Shown here: in pieces, positions 25,455 to 36,151 of the stretch
Numbering within the stretch: position 1 is the stretch's first letter
How the letters are laid out: every line of letters begins with the position of its first letter
The notes under the pieces: model-generated
Told to the model about the DNA's origin: nothing
The model's database searches: none
What the model saw: the letters and a program-made list of their open reading frames with translations, nothing else
Translations under genes and position numbers: made by a program
NCBI RefSeq assembly: GCF_001194135.2
Contig: NC_068983.1
Coordinates: 137,441,317 to 137,505,316 of the forward strand
Reading direction: 5' to 3'
Length of the DNA: 64,000 nt
DNA from: Octopus bimaculoides
Taxonomy: Eukaryota

Positions 25455-25466
25455 TGCGCATGCGCA
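25455..25466. promoter_or_regulatory. Perfect NRF1 palindrome TGCGCATGCGCA
   Basis: Exact consensus; the palindrome extends to ATGCGCATGCGCAT. Confidence 0.55.
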
Positions 25467-26147
25467 TTGATTTATTGGCATTCTCCCCTCCCCCTCCCCC
25501 GTTTTATTTACTTCTTGCAAACGTCGGTTTTATTAATGCTCAAACTGTAATACTAATTAATGGTTGGTTCGATAATTGAAAGGCTCCAGAGATTTCATAT
25601 ACTTTCTCACATTCATCATTATCTTTTCGTGGCTGTATTTCGATAATAAAATATGTTAAAACGGTGTAACAGCGATGTCCTGTTTTTTTATATTCATTTA
25701 AATCAAGTGGTAAAGTAATGAAAGCTTCTTTCTCATTATTCATATACCTGTAAATACCTTGAGATAATGGAGCCGGCAGATGAACCGCTACATGGTCTTC
25801 TGAGCAGCTCCTAGCATTCCTCAAATTACATAATGCAGCAATTCTTCCTATTACAGTCATAAACACAAATCAAAATACGGTACAGACACATTTAAATACG
25901 TTTTATATCTCTGAAATAACGCCGTCAACTGTATATAATAGTGATGATTCTGGTTACTTTGTCGGCTTCGAAACAAATTTCGTGTATCATTTAAAAAGAG
26001 TTTGAGTCACTAACTACTATATCGAATCAAACAACAAAATTCAAACTTTTTTTTTCTTTTTGACTAAACATTTATTTTTAAAATATACACATTGGAAATA
26101 TAATCATTTCTTTATGGAGTTTGAATGGTGTATGTATTGTATAAGCT

Positions 26148-26280
26148 ATTCGGTAAATTTTCAGATTAACACCCGCATGATTTTCACTAGGAGGTTAGGG
26201 TTAGGGAATTCCGTCCCTAACGGTAACTCTAACACCCTAGTGAAAGTCGTACGGTTGTTAATCTGAAAATTTACCAGATA
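26148..26280. mobile_element. Small MITE with ~40-bp TIRs and internal TTAGGG units
   Basis: GGTAAATTTTCAGATTAACA...TTTCACTAGG is inverted with CCTAGTGAAA...TGTTAATCTGAAAATTTACC. Confidence 0.7.
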
Positions 26281-27587
26281 TTCTTGTATTCTGTTGAGTG
26301 TGCGGCCTGTAATGTAATCCTAGACTGATAAAAGATGGAGCAGTCATTTTTATTAGCATGGTAATATGTAATCCCGATTTGGATCCTATGTTAAAATGAA
26401 TACATTGAAAAACAATGGAGAAATTTTCAGCTGATTAAGGAGTTTACAATTGCATAAAAGCTACAACTGAAGTGTAACACTTGTATGTGTACACCAAGCT
26501 AAATATTTTACTCGTTGTGGACATTCTTTACCACTCCAAATCATTTTCTTATTACCCTTTTCAAAGTTCATTCACTTGAAATATCTTCCTGGCTTCATTA
26601 TACTTATTTCTTTTACCCTGTGAAGATTAATTTTGCACTTAGACAAATCGGTAAATGTTATTGTATTATAGTATTCTTGTTTAAACATTTGAAATTGACA
26701 GTAGAAATTTTTAAATTGATTAATTATCAGTACTTACTGCCACCACCTCGGGCAAATATTACCTGTATTTATACACATTGTTGAACATGTCTCTTTCGCT
26801 TCACTCCTTTTATTGCTGCTCCTGTTTTGTCGTGTGTGGAGATATGTTGTTCTCACTACAATTTTCGAGCATTCTTGAGCAATTTAACACTACAAAGTGC
26901 CTTGCTGTTTTTTCTACTGCAATTTAGAAACATTTGATAAAAAGGATTTGCGTTTTGTTCAAATTATTCGTTACTATGTGGAGTTGACAGCGAGAAAACA
27001 AGCTACTGACTAATAAAAGCCCGAAAGAAACTGATCGATACTTTCACGTTGCTGAAGCTTGTTATAAATAAACATAACGTAGATGTTGTAAATAAGTGAT
27101 CTGCATATATCTTAAGATAAATACTCTGGGTTTTAGGGTGTAACGGAAGTTGAATCTTTTTCTCTCTCTCATCGGACAACGTGGTCAAATGTGTCTTTAA
27201 AATATGTAACTGCAATGATTACTACAGCAGCTTTCGGCTGTTTTTAATCAACTGCAAAATCAGACAAAACTTTTAAAAAATTAGTTGCGTCTGGTTCGGT
27301 GTGTGTATATATCGACAGTGCCGAGTTGGAAGATGTTTATATATAAATATTTTTTTTCTTGGTGTATGCACTTCAAGTTAAGTGGCATATGTTGTTTTTC
27401 AGTAATCTAAAGAATTGTGAATATTCTTTTAATAATGTACTTCAGCTCCCATCACAAAAACTGCTACCCTTGATATTTTTTCCACTATTCAACATCAAGG
27501 GTGGCAGGATGCAATAGAACAGTAACTGTTGCTACTGACAAGCGTCCACTCAGTCACACTGCAAGCGTGCGGTACAAGCTATCTTGA

Positions 27588-27626
<39 letters not shown>

Positions 27627-29007
27627 ATGGTGTTTCCTCCACCTCGTCCCCTAATTCTTTCTGGCATTGGTCGAATTCCGCATTAAATACACTACTAAAT
27701 TATATTGGCATTTAACCAAAATGCATTGGTGTCTTCACCTTCGGATTTTCCACGATCTCATTCGAGATTCCTCCTCTGTGTGTCCCCGCCGGCTTTTTTT
27801 TTTCTTTTCATCAGTAGATTGCCTGAAGTTTACACTGCTGTATTAGTCAAGTTTATTTTCTTTTTAGGAGTAGAAACCAATAGTGGGGTTGGAGGGGTTT
27901 AACTACTATTTCTAGTGCCGTTAAGTGACTAAGGGCTCCCTCGTCTTTTACGTTAAGTTCAAGGATGCATCGGTTGTTTAAGCATGTTAGTGTGAAAATG
28001 ATTTATAATCCAACTTGAGAAATTGTAATGTTCTTGCAAACGAATGACTGGAGTAAGTTACGCCTCAAAGTTCTGTTTTTGTAAAAGTCTATGCTACTTT
28101 TTTGCAGGTGAGCTAGTTAGTAATCGGTAAACACCAAATTTTGTGACTGATTTATTTCAATATTTAAGAGTGTTAAATTATAAGGCACAAAAAGTGACTC
28201 TCCCCATACACAACAGAATATTTAAGATATTTTCCCTTTGCATTATGTTTATGTTTCTTCGATCTTTATTGTCTAATTTCTATTAATCTGGAGACTCTAC
28301 CCACCCCTCCCAAACTTTCATAAATCATCCGGTACATGTGCCGTGGTTCGATTCTTCTCTGCAACGCCAGTATTGAGAATGGTTCGTTTACTGGCAAGTG
28401 TTTAATTCATTTCCTCTTGTGGATTCAAAAGGAAGCCAATCACTTTTCTATTGTTTTCATTACTTTCTCATCATTTTGTAGTTTAATCAGTCTGCTAAGA
28501 ATGACTCTTGGACAATAGGAAGTCATAGTAACTATTCCTTGAGCCCATAATGCATGTTCGATGGGGGAGGGTAACTTTGTAGTTGCACGATCCAAAAAGT
28601 TTTTTTTTTTTTTTAGTGTGTTCATTGCTAGCATGCTTTCATATTATTTTCTAAATGATCTTGCTGTGTCTATTTTAAAGCGAGGTGGTTACTAGAGCTG
28701 CCTCTTCCGCAAATTCGTTCGGGTATGGGGTCGGAAATAAAAGTTCTGTGTTGTGTCTGAAGAGTACAAGGTGTATGTAAATAGAACTAGAAAAAAGTAC
28801 ACAGATATTTTGCTATTAACGCATTTTAGAAACCTTGTCCTCAAATATTTTATGTGCAATGGAATGCCAGTGGCTTATTTGCTGTCATGATGCCTATTGT
28901 ACGATGGAGACAGAAACAAAAAATAGTAAAATAGCTAACTTGCATAGCCCGCTACCTGAATCTACTACTGTATTTAGGACATGTTAAAGAGAGCTCTTTT
29001 CCTGGCC

Positions 29008-29021
29008 GTTGCCATGGCAAC
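29008..29021. promoter_or_regulatory. Perfect RFX X-box GTTGCCATGGCAAC
   Basis: 14-bp palindrome about 560 bp upstream of the V8 ATG. Confidence 0.55.
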
Positions 29022-29579
29022 ACTACTGCTACTGCTATTACTGACGTGTTGAACTTGTCTGTGTTGGTTTTCCTTATCTGACTTCTTTCCCTCCTTTCAC
29101 TGCTGCTGCTATTTCCCTCCTTCCACTGCTGCTGCTATATCTGAGTTAACAGCAGGTTTTATCATGTGTAGATTACTGTATATTTCATAGGACAAACTGT
29201 TTGTGACTACCATTATTGTCCGCCATACTTAAACAGTTTATCAAAGCGAAGTGCCTGCTTTTTTTCCCTCACTTTTTCTCTGTATATTTACCTTTGTGCT
29301 GAAAATTAAATAGGATTTGGAAAACACTCGCTGTTGTTCAATTTTTCGGGAAGTTACTGTTATCATAAGATGACGGTAATCAATAAATCCTAGTGCTACA
29401 TTTACTTTAGACAGCATAATATTCTATTCAACCTCGTGACCAGCATTTTTCAAACGTGTTTGATGTGTTTAATAGTGAATATAAATGGCTGATCTTTTTT
29501 TTCGCATTGCTGCATGGATTTGTTGAAGTTCTGATGAATATTGTGGAAGGACGAAATTTTTAACGACGTTATATACAAA

Positions 29580-29852
29580 ATGCCGGCCAATCGTCATTGT
29601 AGCTATGGTACCTGTAAAAGTGATAGCCGTTATCCTAACCGACCGCAAATGAAAGGGGTTTGGTGGATTCCATTCCCTAAACCACACAAAGACTTACCGA
29701 AGTGTCAGCGTTGGGTGAAAGCTTGCGGTCGATTATACTTCACTGTTAATAACATCAAACCATGGACATATTTATGTAGCTTGCATTTTATTGGTAAGAA
29801 CGGCCCCACTCCGGAGCACCCTGACCCTATACCGCTATTGGATTCTTACCAG
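29580..29852 (+). CDS. Variable exon V8: THAP domain (91 aa), phase-0 donor
   Basis: MPANRHCSYGTC...IPFPKP...RWVKACGR...LCSLHF...PDPIP. Donor CAG|GTTAAT at 29852/29853. Confidence 0.88.
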
Positions 29853-30363
29853 GTTAATTGATTTTTTTTGTTATATATTTTTCTTCTGTATTGTTTGCCT
29901 TTGTTTTCTAGAGACATTTTAACATCTGGTGCGATTTTATTCGATTGGATGGGTCTGCTATTCAGTAATTGGCTTCTCGAAATATATTGTTTCGCGGTAG
30001 CTTTATTCCCGATCTTCCTCTTGCTATTACCTAGCTATTAGTTGCCATGTAATAGTGTAATAGCTAGAACTATGACTACGGATGTTCTCATTGGCTAGTG
30101 CATCTCACGTGGACTTACTACTGTCGGTCAATAGTCTACTGTTCCCCATGGGAAATAAGTGTGATACAGAAAAATGGCGGTGTGAGAAATATGAGAGTGG
30201 AAGCAGCTTTTGCATCATAGTATCATTAACGTAATTCTTTACACACGTTGCTGCAGCCGATTTTTTTGCACTGTATGGTTCTATATTTAGTCAAAAGCTA
30301 GCAGTTATTGCTGATTGCTCATAGATTTCCTTATATAATTATTTCTTAATTCTGTCACTCAAC

Positions 30364-31365
30364 ATGGCGTCCAACAACCTAGGCGATTCCCAACCAGAAA
30401 CACAAAACCCTAAAGCATGTGTTTCTCCAAACCATATGAACGGTGTGGAGCTTATTGATTTAGATGAATCGTTACGAACTCAAAATATTATTAAAAGTGC
30501 TGTCAAAATTCTAAAGGACTATTGTAGGACTCAACACACAACTTTGTCTTTATTAGAGAAAAAGCCTGCTCAACAATTAAGCCGATTTCTGCAAAAGTTC
30601 TACACAGAGGTGCGCCAGGTTAGTGGTAAACTCTATGCTCGGAAATCGATGATTACGTTGCGTTACGGTTTACAGCGTCACTTCAAGAGAATGTCGCATT
30701 TAGATATTATAACAGATGACGAATTCATCGAAGCCAATGAAGTGTTCAGTGTAATTTTGATGAAATTGAGGGCAATGGGCAAGGATGCTATTAAGCGTAA
30801 GAATCCTATTACAGAGGAAGATATACAGAAAATTATGCTATCGTCAGCTCTGGATCAGGACAAACCACGAGGTTTGCAAAATAAGGTATTCATGGATTTA
30901 ATGTTGCATATGTGTAGCCGCGGGCGCGATAATCTGCGGGAGATTTCGAAACGAGACTTCAGTATTGAATTATCACCTCAGGGTCTGCAATATGTGACCT
31001 TTCGGGTTGGAGCTGAACTGAACAGCAATGGGGATCCTCATGTTAATGAAGTACGCATGTATGAAATACCCGGTAATAAATGGTGCCCGCTGACTTCTTT
31101 CAAAAAATACATTAGCCTCTTAAATCCACTCTGTGATGCTTTTTGGCAAAGAAGCAAGCAGAATGTGAATCCAGATGAAGTTCCATGGTATGATAACATG
31201 CCAATTGGTAAAAACACTCTCGGAACTCGAATGAAAGAGATTTCTCGAGAGGCTGGTTGTTCTCAGATCTACACAAATCATTGTCTGCGAACCACGCAAA
31301 TTTCTACGTTAAGGATTTATAATATGGACTTACCTCAACAATCAGGAATATCATATTTACTGCAG
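30364..31365 (+). CDS. Variable exon V9: Crypton-derived tyrosine-recombinase-fold domain (DUF3504/ZMYM/QRICH1/KIAA1958-like, 334 aa), phase-0 donor
   Basis: LSRFLQKFYTEVR..SGKLY..SMITLRYGLQRHF, LQNKVF..RGRDNLR, CPLTSFKKY, WY..PIGKNTLG, TNHCLR. Donor CAG|GTGGGT at 31365/31366. YY1 motif AAAATGGCGG at 30171. Confidence 0.9.
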
Positions 31366-32321
31366 GTGGGTTGGTAAAAATATTGTCAGTTTCAGGAGTT
31401 TCTCACATTTAGTATCGTTATTAAAGAGTATCACATTCTTGCTTTGTAAATATTTATGACTTAATTTGTTTTTGTATTTTTGTTTTATCATGAAACTTTT
31501 TTTTTCTTTATAATTTTGTTTAATAATTGTGTGTGTGTGTGTGTGTGTATATAATTACATACAGAATAACGTGCTCACAAATTAAAGAAGAGTTGTTTTA
31601 TTATATTCGGGAGCGGCAGAGCTATTCTATTTCGATCGGTGGTGGGTTTGTTCACAACTTGGTTGGAAATAAAATCACTAATTAAATTATATAGTGCGAC
31701 GTTGTCAAAGCTTTTCTCTGGTCCCTTGCAGCTTCGTGCACTTGCCAGTTGGCGTAGGATTACATGTTGTTTTCTGTGTTGTTCGGTTGTGCGTAAGATT
31801 GTTAAAGGAGTTTCACCTTCTAGGGCTGAAAGGACTTTTCTTCGCTATTGTGGTTGACGACTGACCTGTCTCGGTGTTAGGTTTGTCACAATGAAGAGAC
31901 GTAGGTAGCATATCCTTTCTAATATCTTTCTGTTGGTCGGTCGTCAGTAGCTGATCTCTTATCGTATTGGTTGTTCAGACTGCTTTCTTTGCCAGTGGAC
32001 AAGTCACAGCAGCAGTCTTCCTACTAGAGAACTAGTCTTCCTTTCTATCTAATAGCATACCCACTCACTAATTCATGAACACGAGGTTCACAACCTGCCG
32101 CCATTTTAATGTTCTCGTTTTTATGGAATATTTTCAATGTTTATTTTTTTTTTTTCATTCCGCCCGTCCCAGCTTCTACACTTTTTATTTTGATTTCCCT
32201 CCATTCTTCATCAATCTAGTTTTTCACCGTTCAGTTGCAGCTTCCGCCCCACCCCCTTCTCTCCATTCAATAAGTAAAGCTTCAATCGCCCGCTGCAGTA
32301 AAGCAAATTTTGTAATTTGTG

Positions 32322-32774
32322 ATGGTTTTTGTTCGGAAGTTTAAGGGCCCATCTTCTGAGGATAGTGTTCAGTGCCCTGTTCGATCGTGTTCAACTGTAT
32401 TAAGTAAATTTCGCAACCTACCGAAGCATTTACGTTCGAAGCACAGGTTTAATGAGCCTATCGTGAAATCGATTGTAAGTCGAATCAGGAATTGTGTTAA
32501 GGGCATTGAGGATTTTTGTGAAGGAAATCTACCGGAGAAAGTCTGGTCGAATAGTAGCAGCAGTTCTAGTATATTTCATGCCGATGACAAATTTGAACAG
32601 TCTGTCGTCAACAGTGTCAGATTTCAGAATGAGACGAGTGTGACGTCCAGCTCCACCCTCACTACAACCTCGGAATTCCACGGAGATTCTCCGTTCGGGT
32701 TGCTTCGGAATGTTTGTGATAATACGATTCGCCACATACCTTTGCCGCTGATCGATTACATTAAACTGCCCCTG
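32322..32774 (+). CDS. Variable exon V10: single C2H2 zinc finger plus Ser-rich linker (151 aa), phase-0 donor
   Basis: CPVRSC-x12-HLRSKH (C-x4-C-x12-H-x4-H). Donor CTG|GTAAGT at 32774/32775. GC-box CCGCCCC at 32244. Confidence 0.8.
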
Positions 32775-33056
32775 GTAAGTGGTCAAGGATATATATATAA
32801 TATTCATCTGACAGCTTAAATATTGAAATTTAATAATTTCAAAATAATTACTTTACTTCGTAATTCAGATTCTGTTGACACAATCTTCAGTAATATTGCT
32901 GTTGTGTTTATCTATTTTTAAATTTAAATTTTCTATTGTGTAAATCTTTGGGTTGATAAGATGATGGCAGTTACAAATCAACAGACTTCGATTACCTTTT
33001 AACTCCGAAACAATTTTTATATAGGACGCTTGTCTTTGAATTTGAATTTAAGGAAA

Positions 33057-33416
33057 ATGGAGAATACAGAGGGTTTCCTGTTTAATAACAACACGACGTA
33101 TAGCACCGGTGTCCTAGCACAGAAAAGTAGTGTTCATTTCATCCCCAAAAGTGTTAGGTATACGAAATCGTCGCTTAGTTCTTTGAACGAGCTCCAGAGA
33201 ACCTATCCTTGGTTACTGGTACAGTTGCGTCCAAACCAAAATCCGTTAGCTAGCTGTGCTGTCTGCCAGAAGTATTGGTTCTCCAGCACTAGGTCTGCTT
33301 TAAAAAATGCTTGGGTCCAAGGTAGTGTTGACTTGGGATCCAGCCATAGGAAAAGTAAACTTCTTCTGCACGAGAAATCTGAACTACATTCCAAGTGTAT
33401 AGCACGAAGTTTAAAG
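33057..33416 (+). CDS. Variable exon V11: hAT-type TTF-like zinc finger (120 aa), phase-0 donor
   Basis: YPWL...CAVC...W...SKLLLHEKSELHSKC. Acceptor TTTTATATAG| at 33024; donor AAG|GTAAGT at 33416/33417. Confidence 0.8.
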
Positions 33417-34113
33417 GTAAGTAATTTTTGTGGTGAAGTAATTTCAATTAGGATATTAAGAATGGTCGACTTTAGTTTACATTAACATATTTTTATGACA
33501 ACTTACATATATATGTATTTTTATTGCTTAGAGAGCTACCGTTCTCTGCTTTTTCCTCACTATTTCTCTCTACTCTTTTATTAGCTGGTTTGGAACTTAG
33601 ATTTATTCTCCATTGCACTATGGATGTTGACTAATTTATCTCGCTTTTGATTATGATATAAACTTCAGTTTTTCTTTATTCCAACATATTATTTTTATAC
33701 TTATGTTCAACTGTTCACGGAAAGGTGTGTCTTCAGTGAAGTATAGTGAAATAATTTACTGTTTCTACTGAAATAGTTTGTTCAGTGCTAGTTTAATAGA
33801 AATAAGTACCAGTCAGATATTGGGTCAATATCTCTCCAAAAACTTTCAGGTCTTGTGTAAGGAGACTAGCTATGAATTGGGGTGGATGTTGCGTAGCTAT
33901 TCAAAATACAATGATATTTGTATCTTTCAGTAATAGTTTAAACTAATTATTTCTTATTGAATAAGTGGCTACAAGAATATTCTGGGTTTGTTTTGCAAAA
34001 TAAACATATTCATTGAGATAAACAAGGCAGAGCTTAACTTGTTTTGTCATTTTAGTGCACTCTGAAGTTGCAATTATGTTATTTTTCTTCAAATAGTCTC
34101 TTTATGCTTACAG

Positions 34114-34349
34114 GCAGGACCTTCAAATCAAGTATTTTCCGGAAAGCCTGAGAACCCTAGGCGTAAAAAGATTGCTGCTGCCACTGTCTCGTCTGCACCA
34201 GTACTCATTCCAGATGATTCACCTCCTCAACCTTCACCTGCAAAAATTCAGAAAAAGCAAATTGATGATCGACGCTTTGATGAGCAACGCTTCCAGGAGC
34301 AGCGTTTCCAGGAACGGAGGTTTGAAAATCGTCGATTTGATGACCGGCG
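34114..34349 (+). CDS. Constant region 1, exon A (phase 0 in, phase 2 out): basic/Pro-rich linker with pentapeptide repeat
   Basis: Acceptor TTTATGCTTACAG|GCAGGA; AGPSNQVFSGKPENPRRKK...DDRRFDEQRFQEQRFQERRFENRRFDDR; donor CG|GTATGT. No ATG in this reading frame. Confidence 0.88.
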
Positions 34350-34434
34350 GTATGTATGATTAATTGGTTTCTTTCACCTCTTAATTTTGAACATCACTAG
34401 TGATTTTCTTCTAAAATGTAAATTTTCATTTCAG

Positions 34435-34738
34435 ACAAATGGTTAACACTCAGGTATCTCAGATGGCTGCAAAAACACTACAAGCTCAAATGCCAGTCCA
34501 GCAGCATATGAGTGTGGCCCAGGTTTCTCAAAATATTACAAGGCCTGTTCAAGTGTTAGCTCCACCAATTCAAATAAGTGAGCCCAAACCGAAGCCTGTG
34601 GAAAAACCTCGACCACGAGAAAAACGAATATTTGTTGTCGCTGATCATCAGCGTTGTGTCATGTCCAATCTAGCATCTCTGTGGAAAAGTGGAAAGTTGT
34701 GTGATGCTGGTATTGGTAATGGCTCATCTACTGTGATG
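34435..34738 (+). CDS. Constant region 1, exon B: Gln/Pro-rich linker plus N-terminal part of BTB/POZ
   Basis: Acceptor TTTCATTTCAG|A restores the frame; ...ADHQRCVMSNLASLWKSGKLCDAGIGNGSSTVM; donor ATG|GTAGGT (phase 0). Confidence 0.92.
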
Positions 34739-35086
34739 GTAGGTATATTGCTTTTAACATTAATATTCTCTGGCTGCAAATTAATTTACTGACTATTTAA
34801 AGAACATTTCATGAAACAAATGAAGAATGCATGTTTTCTATCAGACTAATCTTCCAGAAATAATAGTATTAGAATATCAAGTTCTTCCTTTGGGACTGGA
34901 CCTGTTTCTTGCAGGAAATCGATATGATTTCTTGAATTAACTTATTTGTAATACTGACACATTATAAAACCTTGTAGAATCTTCAAGGAATGTATTTTTA
35001 TTTCTAAGAGTGGTTTTACTTTTTTATGTTTTGTTTCCCATTCATATATTTCCCTATGTAATTGATTCCTTGTGTTTGTGTTTCAG

Positions 35087-36151
35087 GTGCATAAAGTTGT
35101 CCTGTCTGCTGTGTGTCCAAAACTGTTGTCAGTATTCAGTACAGATATCCTCTCTCACAAGTTTCTCCAAGTAAACTTTCCTGAAGAAGTTAGCACAGAA
35201 GCTTTAAATGCCTTTGCTGAATATATGTACAATGGGCTATTAGATATTGATCCTGATATTTTACATCAGTTAAAAATCATTGCAAAACGTTTGGACATGA
35301 AAGAATTTGAACAACTGTGTGATAGTCGTCTTCCAAGCACAATACCTCAGCAACCAGCTTCAACGGTTACTGTATTTGGTGATCTCAGCCAGATGCAGAC
35401 CATTCTATCAAACCCACCCAGTATTACAGTTCCAACAGTTCAACCATCTCTGCCTTCATCATCCATCACATCAGTTACATCTCAATCTGCTCCATCTGTC
35501 ACTACACAAGTCATTGATGTTAAACAAGAGATATCTGAGGCTGAATTAGCACAAGTTAAGAAAGATACAGCAGCTGTCTTTGGACAGGAATCTGAGGTTG
35601 CTTCACTAGATGCTAGTAAAAGTGGCAATTCCTCTGGTGGTTTTGTCATTGTTCCCAGTGTGAAAACTGAACCTGTAGGGCCTGAAGATGACAGGTATGG
35701 TCAGCTGAATAATCAGTCTTACGCATCTACTCCAGTATCAATCAGTTCTCGGATACCAGGTACCGGTTTGAATTCTACGGTTGTGTCCTCTTCAGAATTT
35801 GTTTTACCATTTTCAGACACCACAGATAGCAACACAACAAATGTATTGCAAGGAACGTCTAAATTAAAATCTAATGTATTTGAAAGCTCTCTAGTTTCTG
35901 ACTTATCCCCTGTATCATGTATTGTAGAAAAAATGTGTTCTCAGTCCAGTCCCATTAGAGAAGACCCTTCCAAACCGCTAAATCGAACTATAACAACTCA
36001 GTCAATTGACAACATTGTGACTTCTGGTAGTAATGAAGGTGTCTATCCTGTAGGACTTTTTACAGCAGGAGGGGACAGTTTACCATTATCATCAACACAA
36101 GTTACCAATGTCAAAAATATAGGTTTATATAAAACAGATGGTCTTACTTGA
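35087..36151 (+). CDS. Constant region 1, exon C: BTB/POZ core plus Ser/Thr-rich tail, stop TGA
   Basis: Acceptor TTTCAG|GTGCAT; VHKVVLSAVCP...AFAEYMYNGLLDI...IAKRLDMKEFEQLC. Constant region 1 totals 534 aa and has no zinc finger or Kelch domain. Confidence 0.93.
   Translation: MHKVVLSAVCPKLLSVFSTDILSHKFLQVNFPEEVSTEALNAFAEYMYNGLLDIDPDILHQLKIIAKRLDMKEFEQLCDSRLPSTIPQQPASTVTVFGDLSQMQTILSNPPSITVPTVQPSLPSSSITSVTSQSAPSVTTQVIDVKQEISEAELAQVKKDTAAVFGQESEVASLDASKSGNSSGGFVIVPSVKTEPVGPEDDRYGQLNNQSYASTPVSISSRIPGTGLNSTVVSSSEFVLPFSDTTDSNTTNVLQGTSKLKSNVFESSLVSDLSPVSCIVEKMCSQSSPIREDPSKPLNRTITTQSIDNIVTSGSNEGVYPVGLFTAGGDSLPLSSTQVTNVKNIGLYKTDGLT

Noticed and set aside
26190-26235. Interstitial telomere
   Set aside because: Only two or three TTAGGG units, inside a MITE.
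31750-31860. ITCCFLCCS...KGVS...AER..LRYCG as another decayed THAP, and an ATG-less open minus frame over the same region
   Set aside because: No ATG, W, CSxH or donor; the resemblance is too weak and neither strand gives a recognisable domain.
5931-33416. Variable exons as ordinary autonomous transposons
   Set aside because: No catalytic domains, flanking TIRs or TSDs were found, and their frames are intact whereas the true TEs in the window are decayed.
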